A stretch of DNA of 64,000 nt from Candidatus Melainabacteria bacterium 17Bon1m (GTDB lineage Bacteria > Cyanobacteriota > Vampirovibrionia > Obscuribacterales > Obscuribacteraceae). A model generated the notes under the pieces. That model saw only the letters and a list, made by a program, of their open reading frames with translations. It did not search any database and had not been told where the DNA came from. Of this stretch, positions 1 through 9,740 are shown in pieces (position 1 is the stretch's first letter; each line of letters begins with the position of its first letter). The stretch is taken from contig JAVLKG010000004.1 in NCBI GenBank assembly GCA_032128875.1, positions 128,001 through 192,000 on the forward strand, given 5' to 3'. The position numbers were made by a program, and so were the translations under genes.

Positions 1-30
1 ACCTGACGGCAACGGCAAAGGCACCTAATA

Positions 31-62
31 GAAAAGGAGGCGGATTCAATAACCCGCCTCCT
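31..62 (-). terminator. Intrinsic terminator downstream of the RRM gene
   Basis: AGGAGGCGG (35-43) / CCGCCTCCT (54-62) perfect inverted repeat, followed on the minus strand by a T run. Confidence 0.75.
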
Positions 63-90
63 CTAAAAGTTTCAGTTGTCCGAATTCGTC

Positions 91-366
91 CTAGCGTCTG
101 AAACCGCTTCCAGCGCCTTCTCTCGGGCGCGATTCATTGACGACAATTTGTCTGCCCTCAATTGTCTGTCCGTTGAATTCCGAGATTGCAGCTTGTGCTG
201 CGTCAGCGGATTCCATTTCGACAAAAGCAAAACCACGCTTGCGGCCAGTTTCTCTGTCGACTGGCATCGCGACGGAGGCGACCGTTCCGGAGCGCGAGAA
301 CAGGTCTTGCAGCTCTTGTTCGGTCATTTTGAATGAGAGGTTTCCGACAAATAATTTCGTGTTCAT
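91..366 (-). CDS. rbp: RNA-binding protein, single RRM (cyanobacterial Rbp type)
   Basis: RNP2 LFVGNL, RNP1 RGFAFVEM, short Gly/Arg tail. Confidence 0.93.
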   Translation of the reverse strand: MNTKLFVGNLSFKMTEQELQDLFSRSGTVASVAMPVDRETGRKRGFAFVEMESADAAQAAISEFNGQTIEGRQIVVNESRPREGAGSGFRR

Positions 367-527
367 AACTGTCTATCCTTGAAATACAGAACGAATGCGG
401 ACGCTTTTGGCGTTTTGCATTAGACCTTTAGGGCCCGCAACAGTATCTCATGACTTGTCCCGAATGTCTCAAAAAAACGGGAGGTTCGGGAATTATTTTA
501 GCTGCGTACCGGCTGCCGAGGGGTAAT

Positions 528-3500
528 TTATGGGGTTGGCGTCGCCGGCTTGGGATCCCCGGAAGCCTTGTCCTGTTTGAGCCAACCGGCTATTGCGGTG
601 ACGCATTTGTCGAGCTGGAAGTACTTGCGTATGGCTGCATTAACTGAGCTTTGGGTCTGCGAATTTACACTTTGGGTGAAATTCTCAAGAAAGTCTAATG
701 GCAAGCCCATAATCGCTGAATAGCCCAACTGGCTGGCAATTGTGCGCGGCGAACGGCTCTCGACTACGTAGACACCGGTGAGGTGCCCCTTCTCGCGGGC
801 CAATTCGGCGGTCGAGATCCCTTCCTTGACGTACTGTTTGACGATTTGAGTGATTAGCCCTTGCGCTTTCTCTAAATTCTCCGGCGCCACTGAGTACGAA
901 ATCGCCCATATAGAATCCGGGTAAGACGCCTCGGTCAGGGAGGAAGTAATTGAATATGTAAGCCCGTACTTGTCACGCAAAGGCGCCAAGCGGCATGCGA
1001 AGCTGTCGTAGCCGAGGGCGGCGCTGGCAAGCGACTCCGCAAAATAGTCTTTGGACTTTATGGAAACCGGCGCTGAGCATCCAATCACTACGTCCATATT
1101 TGTTTTGTCGGGCAGATTGGACATAATGCGACGCCCAGCAAACGCGTTGTTTACCAGCGCAGGGTCTATCGAAATTGTTTCTTCCTTGCTTCCCTTGTAC
1201 GATGCGAACTCTTTGGCGATCAATTCAGCAACTTCGTCCGTCTTTATGTCTCCAACGAAGGTGAAGACTGTGTTGGCAGGCGTGAACTGGTTCTTATGAA
1301 AACTAACCAGGTCGTCTCTTGTGACTGTCTTTAGATGTTCGAGCTGATCCTCGAACGTGTTGGCATAATAAATGCTTTCCGGCTTGTAGAGCGCATGACG
1401 CAGTGACATCCAGGCAACAGATGTAGTGTTTGCTTTACGCTCTTCGATGTTTGATTCCAAAATCTTTCGCGACTTGTCAAACTCTTCTTGCTCGAAGAGT
1501 GGCTTCTGTATTACGTCGGCGATGAGTGGAACGATTAATTTCGCATCGGAAGCAACAACGTCAACATTGAAGCCTGCGAAGAAACTATCGGCACTGAAGT
1601 CTAGACTCGTGCCCATTGATTCGAGAATTTCTGAAATCTTGAATTTGGAATATTTGCAGGAACCCTTGGTTAACAGCTCTGCTGTTAAACCAGGAACTTT
1701 TGACTTCGTGTTCGGCAAGAAGTAACGTCCTGCCTTGATTTTTCCTGAAATCGTCACAGTGCCTGAACCCGGCATAGGCAAGACAATGACTGTGAGCCCA
1801 TTGTCGAATTTGAGGGTTTCAGTGCGAGAGCCGAGTTTTCCAATGCCGCGCTTGCGGGAAACAATCTTCAGCGGTTCTGCCTGCGCGTCACCGTCGCAAG
1901 CAGAGCTTCCTGGTAGCGCCTGCGGCTCGCCGGCTTCAGTGTTTATAGCAAGGTTTTTTTTCTCAGGTACAGATTGAATATTCAAACTGTTCTGTGCGCC
2001 GGTCAATGGAACTCTATTGTGAGCACCGCGGGCAGTGGCGGCAGTTTCATCCGATGGATTTACCGACTCACTTTCAGTTAAGCCTTCAGCCTCATTCTTC
2101 GCTGCCATTCCCAACTTGCCGTCTTGGTCCGTCTTGGGGCGGTAATAACCAACGGTCAAATTGTTCGAGTTTAAATATTTTTTCGCCGCAGCTTGCACCT
2201 GCAATGGTGTCACTTTGCTTATCTTGTCGCAATAAGTAGTCCACCACTTCCAGTCTGCGACACCTATTGCATCTCCAATTTGTTCTGCTCGTCCCTGACA
2301 ATCAACAGCATCAAGACGATATCGCTTTGTAATTTCCAGTTTGGCGCGATTTACTTCCGCCTCAGATGGTTCTTTGTTCGCTAGGTCTTCCACCGCTGCT
2401 CTAACCGCGGTCTCCAGCTTGTCTAACGCGATCTCTTTTGCAGGCGTTGCACCGACAACAAACAAGCCTGGATCTTTCATTACATTGTTGAATGCGTATG
2501 CATCTACAGCCAGACCATTATCGACAAGTGCGCGGTAGAGACGGCTAGAAGTCTTTCCTTTGTCTCCGAGAATGGATTGCAATACTTCTAATGGATAGGT
2601 GTCTTTATCCGTTGCTTTGACTGTGTGAAAACCAAGCAAAAGTCGCGGTACATCTTGTCCTCTCACGACGGTAAAACGCCTTTCTCCTTCTTGGGGCGGT
2701 TCTTTCGTATAGACGGTGGGAAGTTTTTTCTGCGCTCTTGGTATGCGACCAAACTTATTCAAAATGTCAGCGAGGACGGCTTCTTTTTTTATGTCGCCGA
2801 CGACTATCAAAGACGCGTTTTCCGGCCAATAGAAGTCATGGTAAAACTTCCTGAGCCGCTCGGTGGGTACGTTCTCAACGTCAGACCGCCAGCCTATTGT
2901 CGGATGATGATATGGGTGTTCACGAAATGCGGTCGCATATACACCACTCATCAAAAGTTCGTCGGGATCGTCTTCTCCTCTTTCCAGTTCGTTCCGCACC
3001 ACAGTCATTTCGCTGCTGCGGTCATCTTCTCGGAGCAAAAGATTACGCATGCGATCCGCTTCGAGATCGAGCAGCAGTCCTACATGTTGCGAAGGTGCAA
3101 CCTCATAGTAATTAGTGCGGTCTTGCGAAGTGGTGGCATTATTGATACCGCCAATTGGCTTTAGCGTGTCATCAATCCCGGTGCCTAGCATCGGGTCATA
3201 TTTTTTCGTGCCCTTGAACATCAAGTGCTCGAGGAAGTGGGTCGAACCTGTGTAACCGACCGCTTCATTGCGGGAGCCGATTCCATACACCATCATCACC
3301 GAAACAACCGGCGCGAGGTTTTGCTCTTGAATGAGAACGGTCAAGCCGTTCGATTTCATTCGATATACATTGAGTCCGTTGACCGGCTGCTTTGTCAGTT
3401 GATCGAAAGCTGTAAGAACTGACGCCTGGGCGTTTTTGGAGCTGCCTGATTTAGGGACTGTAGCCTTGGTGCCGGCAGCGTTTGCCATGCAGCTAGAGAC

Positions 3501-3569
3501 GGGGCAAAAGAAAATCGCCGCCGTCAATAGCCCGGTTAGAGTGCGCATTGGCAAGCGGCGATTTTTCAT
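528..3569 (-). CDS. M16 (pitrilysin/PqqL-like) zinc peptidase, fused two-half form, probably exported
   Basis: Inverted zincin motif HFLEH, NATT motif, second inactive M16 half after a linker, N-terminal signal-peptide-like segment. Confidence 0.92.
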   Translation of the reverse strand: MKNRRLPMRTLTGLLTAAIFFCPVSSCMANAAGTKATVPKSGSSKNAQASVLTAFDQLTKQPVNGLNVYRMKSNGLTVLIQEQNLAPVVSVMMVYGIGSRNEAVGYTGSTHFLEHLMFKGTKKYDPMLGTGIDDTLKPIGGINNATTSQDRTNYYEVAPSQHVGLLLDLEADRMRNLLLREDDRSSEMTVVRNELERGEDDPDELLMSGVYATAFREHPYHHPTIGWRSDVENVPTERLRKFYHDFYWPENASLIVVGDIKKEAVLADILNKFGRIPRAQKKLPTVYTKEPPQEGERRFTVVRGQDVPRLLLGFHTVKATDKDTYPLEVLQSILGDKGKTSSRLYRALVDNGLAVDAYAFNNVMKDPGLFVVGATPAKEIALDKLETAVRAAVEDLANKEPSEAEVNRAKLEITKRYRLDAVDCQGRAEQIGDAIGVADWKWWTTYCDKISKVTPLQVQAAAKKYLNSNNLTVGYYRPKTDQDGKLGMAAKNEAEGLTESESVNPSDETAATARGAHNRVPLTGAQNSLNIQSVPEKKNLAINTEAGEPQALPGSSACDGDAQAEPLKIVSRKRGIGKLGSRTETLKFDNGLTVIVLPMPGSGTVTISGKIKAGRYFLPNTKSKVPGLTAELLTKGSCKYSKFKISEILESMGTSLDFSADSFFAGFNVDVVASDAKLIVPLIADVIQKPLFEQEEFDKSRKILESNIEERKANTTSVAWMSLRHALYKPESIYYANTFEDQLEHLKTVTRDDLVSFHKNQFTPANTVFTFVGDIKTDEVAELIAKEFASYKGSKEETISIDPALVNNAFAGRRIMSNLPDKTNMDVVIGCSAPVSIKSKDYFAESLASAALGYDSFACRLAPLRDKYGLTYSITSSLTEASYPDSIWAISYSVAPENLEKAQGLITQIVKQYVKEGISTAELAREKGHLTGVYVVESRSPRTIASQLGYSAIMGLPLDFLENFTQSVNSQTQSSVNAAIRKYFQLDKCVTAIAGWLKQDKASGDPKPATPTP

Positions 3570-3599
3570 TTGTTGGATGCCTTCAATTGTGCTGGACGA

Positions 3600-4142
3600 C
3601 TATTTCTTGTCTTTTCCAGTGGCTGCTTTCCCTACGTTTTCAGCGCCTTTCACTACACCTTTGCCGACAGCAGTGGTGTCTTTGACGGCAGCTTTGCCAA
3701 CCGATTCGGTTGTCTTGATAGTGCCTTTGCCAAGAGCCTCAGTGTTTTTGACAGCAGCGGTGCCCAGGGCTTCGGTGCCTTTGACGGTAGCTTTGCTGAC
3801 GCCTGTGGTTGTCTTGATTGCGCCTTTACCGACAGCTTCTGTTCCTTCTACTGACGCTTTTACACCTTCTTTGGTGCCTCTGACAGCACCTTTGGTGATA
3901 TTTTCGGTGCCCTTGACGGCGCCTTTGCCGACGGCTTCGGTGCCTTTGACAACAGCCTTGCCGCCCTTTTCGATGTCTTTGCCAACGGCTTTGACGTCTT
4001 TTTCAATTGTTTTGATAATGCCGCCACCTTTTTTCTTGGTGGTTCCTGCCGCATCTGTCGATGCTGCATCTTCCGCCATGACTGCCGTTACGGCGGCGGA
4101 ACTAACAACGCAAAGCGCGATTAGTTTGTTACGAAATTGCAT
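3600..4142 (-). CDS. Secreted protein with 11-residue amphipathic tandem repeats
   Basis: Signal peptide ending ..VMA, then about 12 repeats of consensus KGTEAVGKGAV. Confidence 0.85.
   Translation of the reverse strand: MQFRNKLIALCVVSSAAVTAVMAEDAASTDAAGTTKKKGGGIIKTIEKDVKAVGKDIEKGGKAVVKGTEAVGKGAVKGTENITKGAVRGTKEGVKASVEGTEAVGKGAIKTTTGVSKATVKGTEALGTAAVKNTEALGKGTIKTTESVGKAAVKDTTAVGKGVVKGAENVGKAATGKDKK
3618..4013 (-). repeat. Degenerate 33-bp coding tandem repeat, about 12 copies
   Basis: Recurrent GTGCCTTTG(A/C)C and GACGGC/GACAGC units at 33-nt spacing, encoding the 11-aa repeats. Confidence 0.85.
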
Positions 4143-4277
4143 GTTGAAACTCCTTCACGAGAGACATCAGAATTCTGGCAAATTTTTCAATTTCTCGCCA
4201 GTAATCACTAAGTTGTTAACAAGGGGGTAACCTAGATATTCGCCGGTTACAACGATCTCGAGGCTGACATAGTTGAC

Positions 4278-5717
4278 ATGAAGATACGCGGTTCAATTCT
4301 TTCTACATTGGCGATGGCGGTTGTTTTTGCTGCCGCAGCAAGTGCCACGGTTCACGTTCAGCACTTGGGCTCACCCGCCAAAGGTGGTGCGGTTGATTTT
4401 GAGAAGGCTGCACAAGAAGCAACCAAGATGCTCTGTGAGTATTTGAAAATAGATACTACTGTTCCTCCCGGCAACGAAAAGCTCGGAGCAGAATATCTGG
4501 CTTCTGTCTTGAAACAAAACGGTATCGAAGCGCAGTTGTTTGAAACAGCGCCGAATCGTTCTTGTGTATACGCTCGCCTCAAAGGCACAGGAAAAAAGAA
4601 AGCTATTGTTCTGCTTAACCACATCGACGTAGTGCCGGCAGTCGCTGCTGATTGGAAACACCCGCCATTCTCCGGCGAAATTTTCGACAATGAGATTTGG
4701 GGGCGTGGCGCGCTCGATATGAAGGGCTTCGGCATCATTGAACTGGAAGCGATGCTAATGCTCAAGCGTCAAGGCGTCACTCTCGATCGTGACATCATTT
4801 TCCTTGGCACTCCCGATGAAGAAGTTGGCGGAGATTTTGGTGCCAGATGGTTTTCAGAGAAACATCCGGAACTTTTGAAAGATGCGGAATTTCTTATCAA
4901 TGAAGGTTCACACATCATTACCGGAAGTGATGGAAAACCGAAATTCTGGGGCGTAAATTTCTCTGAGAAGAATGTTCTTTGGTTGAAACTCACATCAACC
5001 GGTCAAGCCGGACACGCGTCGATGCCAATCAAAGACTCGGCAACCAACCGCCTTGCACGTGCCCTGGAAAAACTCGTTGCCGTATATCCGATGACGGTGC
5101 GTTCACCACAAGTGGTGCCTGATCTGAAGAAAATCAGCGAGACAAAACCTGAACCACTTAAAGGTTATTATTCACAAGTTGTAGAAGACATGAAGGACAA
5201 CGACTATATCGCCGGCATCGAAAACGATCGAATGCTTTCGTCAATGCTTGTGAATACCGCGTCTTTGACTGTTCTTAAAGCGGGGTATAAAACCAACGTG
5301 ATTCCTGGCGAGGCAAGCGCAGAAATCGATTGCCGCTTGTTGCCTGGAGTTGAAAAGGACGAGTTCATTGCTATCGTTCAGAAAATCATTGCAGATCCGA
5401 CAATCAAACTTTCCGTTCTTGAATGGAACGTTGCCGGCGCATCGGATATTCAAACTGATCTGATGAATTCAATTAAAAAGGTCGCTGCGGAAGAGTCTCC
5501 TGGAACTCCCGTCAGACCGGTAGTGGTGCCCTGGTTTACTGATTCTCATTGGTTTCGCAAACTCAACATCACCTGCTATGGATTTGAACCGTTTGAGGTA
5601 AAACCAGAATTGCTGGCCAGCATGCACGGCATCGACGAACGTATTCCAGTCAGCGTTTACTCGACCGGCTTGCGCCGTTTTTACAAAATCCTTCACGACG
5701 TAGCTGCCGCGAAGTAA
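4278..5717 (+). CDS. M20/M25/M40 family metallo-hydrolase (ArgE/DapE-like), exported
   Basis: HIDVV, GRGALDMKG, DEE and C-terminal HGIDE metal ligands; signal peptide. Confidence 0.92.
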   Translation: MKIRGSILSTLAMAVVFAAAASATVHVQHLGSPAKGGAVDFEKAAQEATKMLCEYLKIDTTVPPGNEKLGAEYLASVLKQNGIEAQLFETAPNRSCVYARLKGTGKKKAIVLLNHIDVVPAVAADWKHPPFSGEIFDNEIWGRGALDMKGFGIIELEAMLMLKRQGVTLDRDIIFLGTPDEEVGGDFGARWFSEKHPELLKDAEFLINEGSHIITGSDGKPKFWGVNFSEKNVLWLKLTSTGQAGHASMPIKDSATNRLARALEKLVAVYPMTVRSPQVVPDLKKISETKPEPLKGYYSQVVEDMKDNDYIAGIENDRMLSSMLVNTASLTVLKAGYKTNVIPGEASAEIDCRLLPGVEKDEFIAIVQKIIADPTIKLSVLEWNVAGASDIQTDLMNSIKKVAAEESPGTPVRPVVVPWFTDSHWFRKLNITCYGFEPFEVKPELLASMHGIDERIPVSVYSTGLRRFYKILHDVAAAK

Positions 5718-5726
5718 CCATTCAGG

Positions 5727-8700
5727 TCAGGGAGCGGCGTGCGGCTCTGCGACTTTGTCCGATTCAGTGTCTGCTACGGTTACCAATCCGTCCAGTAACA
5801 ACTTCACTGAGTCGATAAGCTCTTGCTCTGACGTTTTCGATTTGATCAAATGTTTCGTCAAACCGAGGGTCAGATTGTTCATGTCGTCTTTTGTAAGGTC
5901 TTGGCTCGTATAAACAATGAGAGGTGTCTCTCGCGATTCACCTTTGCGCAGGTTTTCCACAATGTCGAAACCGTTTGGCGCAGGAATTCCTATATCTAGA
6001 ATGATCAAGTCTGGATTTTCCGACTTTACCAATTTCAAAGCTTTACCGCCTTCGGACGCTTCGATTATTTCAACTGGAAAGCTGGAAACATGGTGCTTGA
6101 TCAACTCTCTTGTTGCGTTGTCGTCCTCAACGATCAGCACTTTCGCTTTATCATTGCCCTTATTGCGAACTGCAAATCGCAATGCGCGCTCGAGCTTCTT
6201 GGTTTCGACGGGCTTTAAAACCCAATCGAAAATTATCGCGGTTCCAAACAACTCAGCATTCTTATCAACGCCACTCAATACAACCGTAGGTACAGTGAAT
6301 GGCTTGTCCCCTGTCTGTTTCTTTTTCAGCCACTGAAGCCCGTTTCCATCAGGCAGATTGATGTCCAAAATCATTGCTTTCGGCGTGAATTCGTTCAGCA
6401 ATTCGTCTGCTTCTTCTAAATTTCGCGCCACTTCAATATCAAATCCTTCTTTTTTAAGCACGCTGCGAACAAGCTTGGTAAGCTGCTCATCGTCTTCCAC
6501 CATCAACACACGTGCGAGTGCAAATGACTTCAAATCCTGGCTTGTGGTTCTCGGGCTCTTCGCGGTGCATGGCAATTCTGCCCAAAAGGTGGTTCCCTTG
6601 CCTACTGTTGATGCGACACCAACCGTTCCGCCATGTTGCTCTGCAAGTCCTTTTGTAATAGCCAATCCCAGTCCGGTGCCGCCTTTTTGTCTGGTATCAC
6701 TGGAGTCGAGTTGCTGGAATTTGCCCCATAATTTGTGCTGCTCACTCTCAGGTATGCCTGCTCCTTTATCACTGACTGAAAAGCGCACCATGTCGTTATG
6801 CTTCTCAACATCCAAGATGACACTTTCACCTTCGGGAGAAAACTTTATTGCGTTTGAAAGAAAGTTGGCGAGAATTTGAATGACTCGATCCTGGTCACAT
6901 TTTAAAGTGCCGTTGTACATGATTTGATGCTTGAGTGTGACCTTTGCCTCGTTTGCTATACCTTGTGTTGCAGCAAACGCACCAATGACAAGGTCTTCTA
7001 CTTTCCTGTCGCCAAGTTTCAACTCAAGCCGGCCTGCTTCCAATTTACGAATATCGAGAATGTCATTTATAAGGCGAATCAAGCGATCCGACTCGTTGCG
7101 CGCGATAGTCACAAGGCGCGTGACTTTGTCTGATACTGGCCCGGCAAGTCCGCCTTCAATCAGCCGCAGGCTTGCGTGAATCGATGTGAGCGGGGTGCGC
7201 AATTCGTGCGACACGGTTGAGTAAAATTCACTGACACGCTTTTCTGCTTCTTTGCGTTCTGTAATGTCGTGACCGATACTGTAAATCGCTTCGATTTCGC
7301 CGTCGTCGCCGATCTGCGGGAATGTTCTTGCCCATATCCAGCGCATGGTGCCATCTGGTCGCACTACACGGTGTTCGATTTCTTGAGGGGTTTTCTCTTC
7401 TATAGTTTTTTTTGTGAAATTTATGACGGCTTCGACGTCGTCCGGATGTACACCTTTGAAAATCTCAGATGCACTCTCATAGATAGGTTCTCTCGAGCGT
7501 CCCCATATCTCTTCGTATGCGGGGCTCACGTATACAAAGGTGTCATTAGGTTTGGCAACGATAAAAACTTCTTGTATCTGTTCTGTAAGTGTTCTGAAAA
7601 GATGTTCTCGTTCTTCTAACAAGGTTTCTGATTGGCTGCGCTTGATACCGAGCGCGATACCATTGCAAACCCCTGAGAGTGTTTCTTGTAACTGTCGGCT
7701 TACTCCCCTTCTGCTGTACATTGCAAGTACGCCCAACAGCTCTTTGCCGAAAACCAGAGGATACGCTGCCAGCGAAGTCAGACCATCGGCAGTCACCCAC
7801 TCCTTGCTTTCCGGCTGAGCTGTTTTGTCCAATTCGTTTGTAAGCAATGGTCGCATCTGTTCTGCGACGATACCAATCTCACCTTCTCCAATATTGATTA
7901 GTTTTTGTCCTGGATCCGCAGTAGAGGAGTTGGCAGAACTTGCTCTGAGCAACAACTGCTTACTCCCGTCTTCTTCTACTGTCCAAATGCGAGCAACATT
8001 CGCTTTCAAGTGACGTGCCATCAAGCTTGTGCACTGCTTGAGAGTTTCATCCAAATTGGTTTGCTGGCTCAGTACATACGCTGTTTCTGCAACAAAGCTA
8101 GAGAGTTCGGCTCGCTCTACCAACTCTTCTTTGGCTCGAACAGCTTCGACAAATTGCCCTATCTCCTGCCCGAAGGCCGAAAGCGTGCTTAGCTGATCCT
8201 CGTCGCTCGCATCTAATTTGTCGGAGAAAAACTCGATCATTCCAAGCAACTGCTTTTGTCCCAAAATGGGAAATCCAAGACCATACTTGAGACCATCTGC
8301 AAGCGCAGCCTTCTTGCGAGGGAAATTCTCTTCAGCAAGAGTAGTAAGGTCTACAAATTGGGGAGCTCCGGTCGACCAAACCTGACCAGGCAACCCGTCT
8401 CCAAGTTTGAAAGTGCGTTCGAGCGTTGTTTTTTTGAAGTTGGGAAGCTCTTTTGCCTCGTCATTCCAAAATGCGATACCTTTGAGTTCGGCTTCCTCGT
8501 CTTCTTTGTTGACCAGCCAGGCAGTTCCAAACCGGAAGTTATTGAGCTTGCCCAATACCTCGAGCAGGCGCTCGAGCGCGCTGGGTATGTCCCGAGAGTC
8601 ACTGAGCACATGCGTGACAGCCAATTGAATCGCCAGCCTCCTGGCGACATTGTTCTTTTCCTTCAGAAAATAGCCGACCATAAGTAGGCAGATTGCCAGC

Positions 8701-9293
8701 GCGGATGCCGCCAGGGCCAACAGCGTGGATGAAAGCTCACCGGTGCGCTTAGTCTCTTTTGCAAGCTTTTCCGAACGAAATTTCAGCAAATCCTTTTCCG
8801 AAGAAATGATTTCGTGAAGGATTTCGTCCGCTTGAATCTCGACGTTCTCGTGGCCTCTTGAGCTTACGAACTTCTTCGCCCCTTCAAGACCTTCCTTCTT
8901 TGCCGCCGATAAGGCGTCGCGCAGATAGGCAGCGCGGCGCTCTAGCGTGTGTCTAAGAAATTCGACTCGCTGCACCTGAGTCGGATTGTCTGCGACCAAT
9001 TTGTTGAGCCTTTTGATCGCTGATTCGATAGCCTTGTTCGACTTTTCGAAATCGTTGATATACGACTCTTCTTGTTTAATGATGTAGCCGCGTTCGCTAG
9101 ATAACAACTCTTCCAGGGCAACGTCGACTTCCTCCAATTCCAAAAGCACGTCATAGGTATGAATTAGCCATGAGCGGTGGGTGATCATTACCTCTTGCTG
9201 TTTCATGCTGGCAAAAGTGGCATATCCGGCCGCAGCAAGCATCAGGAACAGCGTTCCAGCTATGCCAACAAGGATTGTCCATCTGTGGCGCAT
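5727..9293 (-). CDS. Hybrid sensor histidine kinase (CHASE3-GAF-GAF-PAS-HisKA-HATPase-REC-REC)
   Basis: TM-flanked CHASE3 (SERGYII), SHELRTPL H-box, NAIKFS, GGTGLGL, two C-terminal receiver domains. Confidence 0.93.
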   Translation of the reverse strand: MRHRWTILVGIAGTLFLMLAAAGYATFASMKQQEVMITHRSWLIHTYDVLLELEEVDVALEELLSSERGYIIKQEESYINDFEKSNKAIESAIKRLNKLVADNPTQVQRVEFLRHTLERRAAYLRDALSAAKKEGLEGAKKFVSSRGHENVEIQADEILHEIISSEKDLLKFRSEKLAKETKRTGELSSTLLALAASALAICLLMVGYFLKEKNNVARRLAIQLAVTHVLSDSRDIPSALERLLEVLGKLNNFRFGTAWLVNKEDEEAELKGIAFWNDEAKELPNFKKTTLERTFKLGDGLPGQVWSTGAPQFVDLTTLAEENFPRKKAALADGLKYGLGFPILGQKQLLGMIEFFSDKLDASDEDQLSTLSAFGQEIGQFVEAVRAKEELVERAELSSFVAETAYVLSQQTNLDETLKQCTSLMARHLKANVARIWTVEEDGSKQLLLRASSANSSTADPGQKLINIGEGEIGIVAEQMRPLLTNELDKTAQPESKEWVTADGLTSLAAYPLVFGKELLGVLAMYSRRGVSRQLQETLSGVCNGIALGIKRSQSETLLEEREHLFRTLTEQIQEVFIVAKPNDTFVYVSPAYEEIWGRSREPIYESASEIFKGVHPDDVEAVINFTKKTIEEKTPQEIEHRVVRPDGTMRWIWARTFPQIGDDGEIEAIYSIGHDITERKEAEKRVSEFYSTVSHELRTPLTSIHASLRLIEGGLAGPVSDKVTRLVTIARNESDRLIRLINDILDIRKLEAGRLELKLGDRKVEDLVIGAFAATQGIANEAKVTLKHQIMYNGTLKCDQDRVIQILANFLSNAIKFSPEGESVILDVEKHNDMVRFSVSDKGAGIPESEQHKLWGKFQQLDSSDTRQKGGTGLGLAITKGLAEQHGGTVGVASTVGKGTTFWAELPCTAKSPRTTSQDLKSFALARVLMVEDDEQLTKLVRSVLKKEGFDIEVARNLEEADELLNEFTPKAMILDINLPDGNGLQWLKKKQTGDKPFTVPTVVLSGVDKNAELFGTAIIFDWVLKPVETKKLERALRFAVRNKGNDKAKVLIVEDDNATRELIKHHVSSFPVEIIEASEGGKALKLVKSENPDLIILDIGIPAPNGFDIVENLRKGESRETPLIVYTSQDLTKDDMNNLTLGLTKHLIKSKTSEQELIDSVKLLLDGLVTVADTESDKVAEPHAAP

Positions 9294-9319
9294 TAATCTA
9301 ACGGCTTCAGACCAGGGAG

Positions 9320-9709
9320 CTAACTCTTGGTCAATATTCCCTGTATGTCATCTGGTAAGGTCATCGGATCAAAAGGTTTTGTAATAATGCCTTTAGCTCC
9401 CATCTTCTGATAAAGCTCAACCTCATGAGTCTGAGCCTTAGCGGTCATGAAAATCACGGGAATCGAGTTCAGGCTATCGACTTTGCGCAGTTCGCTCAAA
9501 GTTGTAGGACCGTCCATGCCGGGCATCATAACGTCCAAAATTATCAAATCAGGTTGAAGCTCCGTCGCCTTGCTGATGGCTTCGGCTCCCGAAGCCGCCA
9601 GGTCGACCTTCCAATCGGTCAGACCCTCAAGACCCATTTGCGCGAGGGTGCGAATATTCTGATCGTCGTCGACCAGGAGAACTTGCTTGATATGGGCTGC
9701 GCTCGTCAT
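9320..9709 (-). CDS. Single-domain response regulator
   Basis: VDDD, LDVMMP, FMTA and KPF receiver motifs. Confidence 0.95.
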   Translation of the reverse strand: MTSAAHIKQVLLVDDDQNIRTLAQMGLEGLTDWKVDLAASGAEAISKATELQPDLIILDVMMPGMDGPTTLSELRKVDSLNSIPVIFMTAKAQTHEVELYQKMGAKGIITKPFDPMTLPDDIQGILTKS

Positions 9710-9740
9710 TTTACTCTCATTTGTGGCGTGCTTTTTGTAC

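Noticed and set aside
3618-4013. CRISPR array
   Set aside because: The 33-nt periodicity is a degenerate in-frame coding repeat without unique spacers, and there are no cas genes.
3436-4230. 264-aa plus-strand ORF
   Set aside because: Antisense shadow of the 11-mer repeat gene; it stays open because of repeat codon composition.
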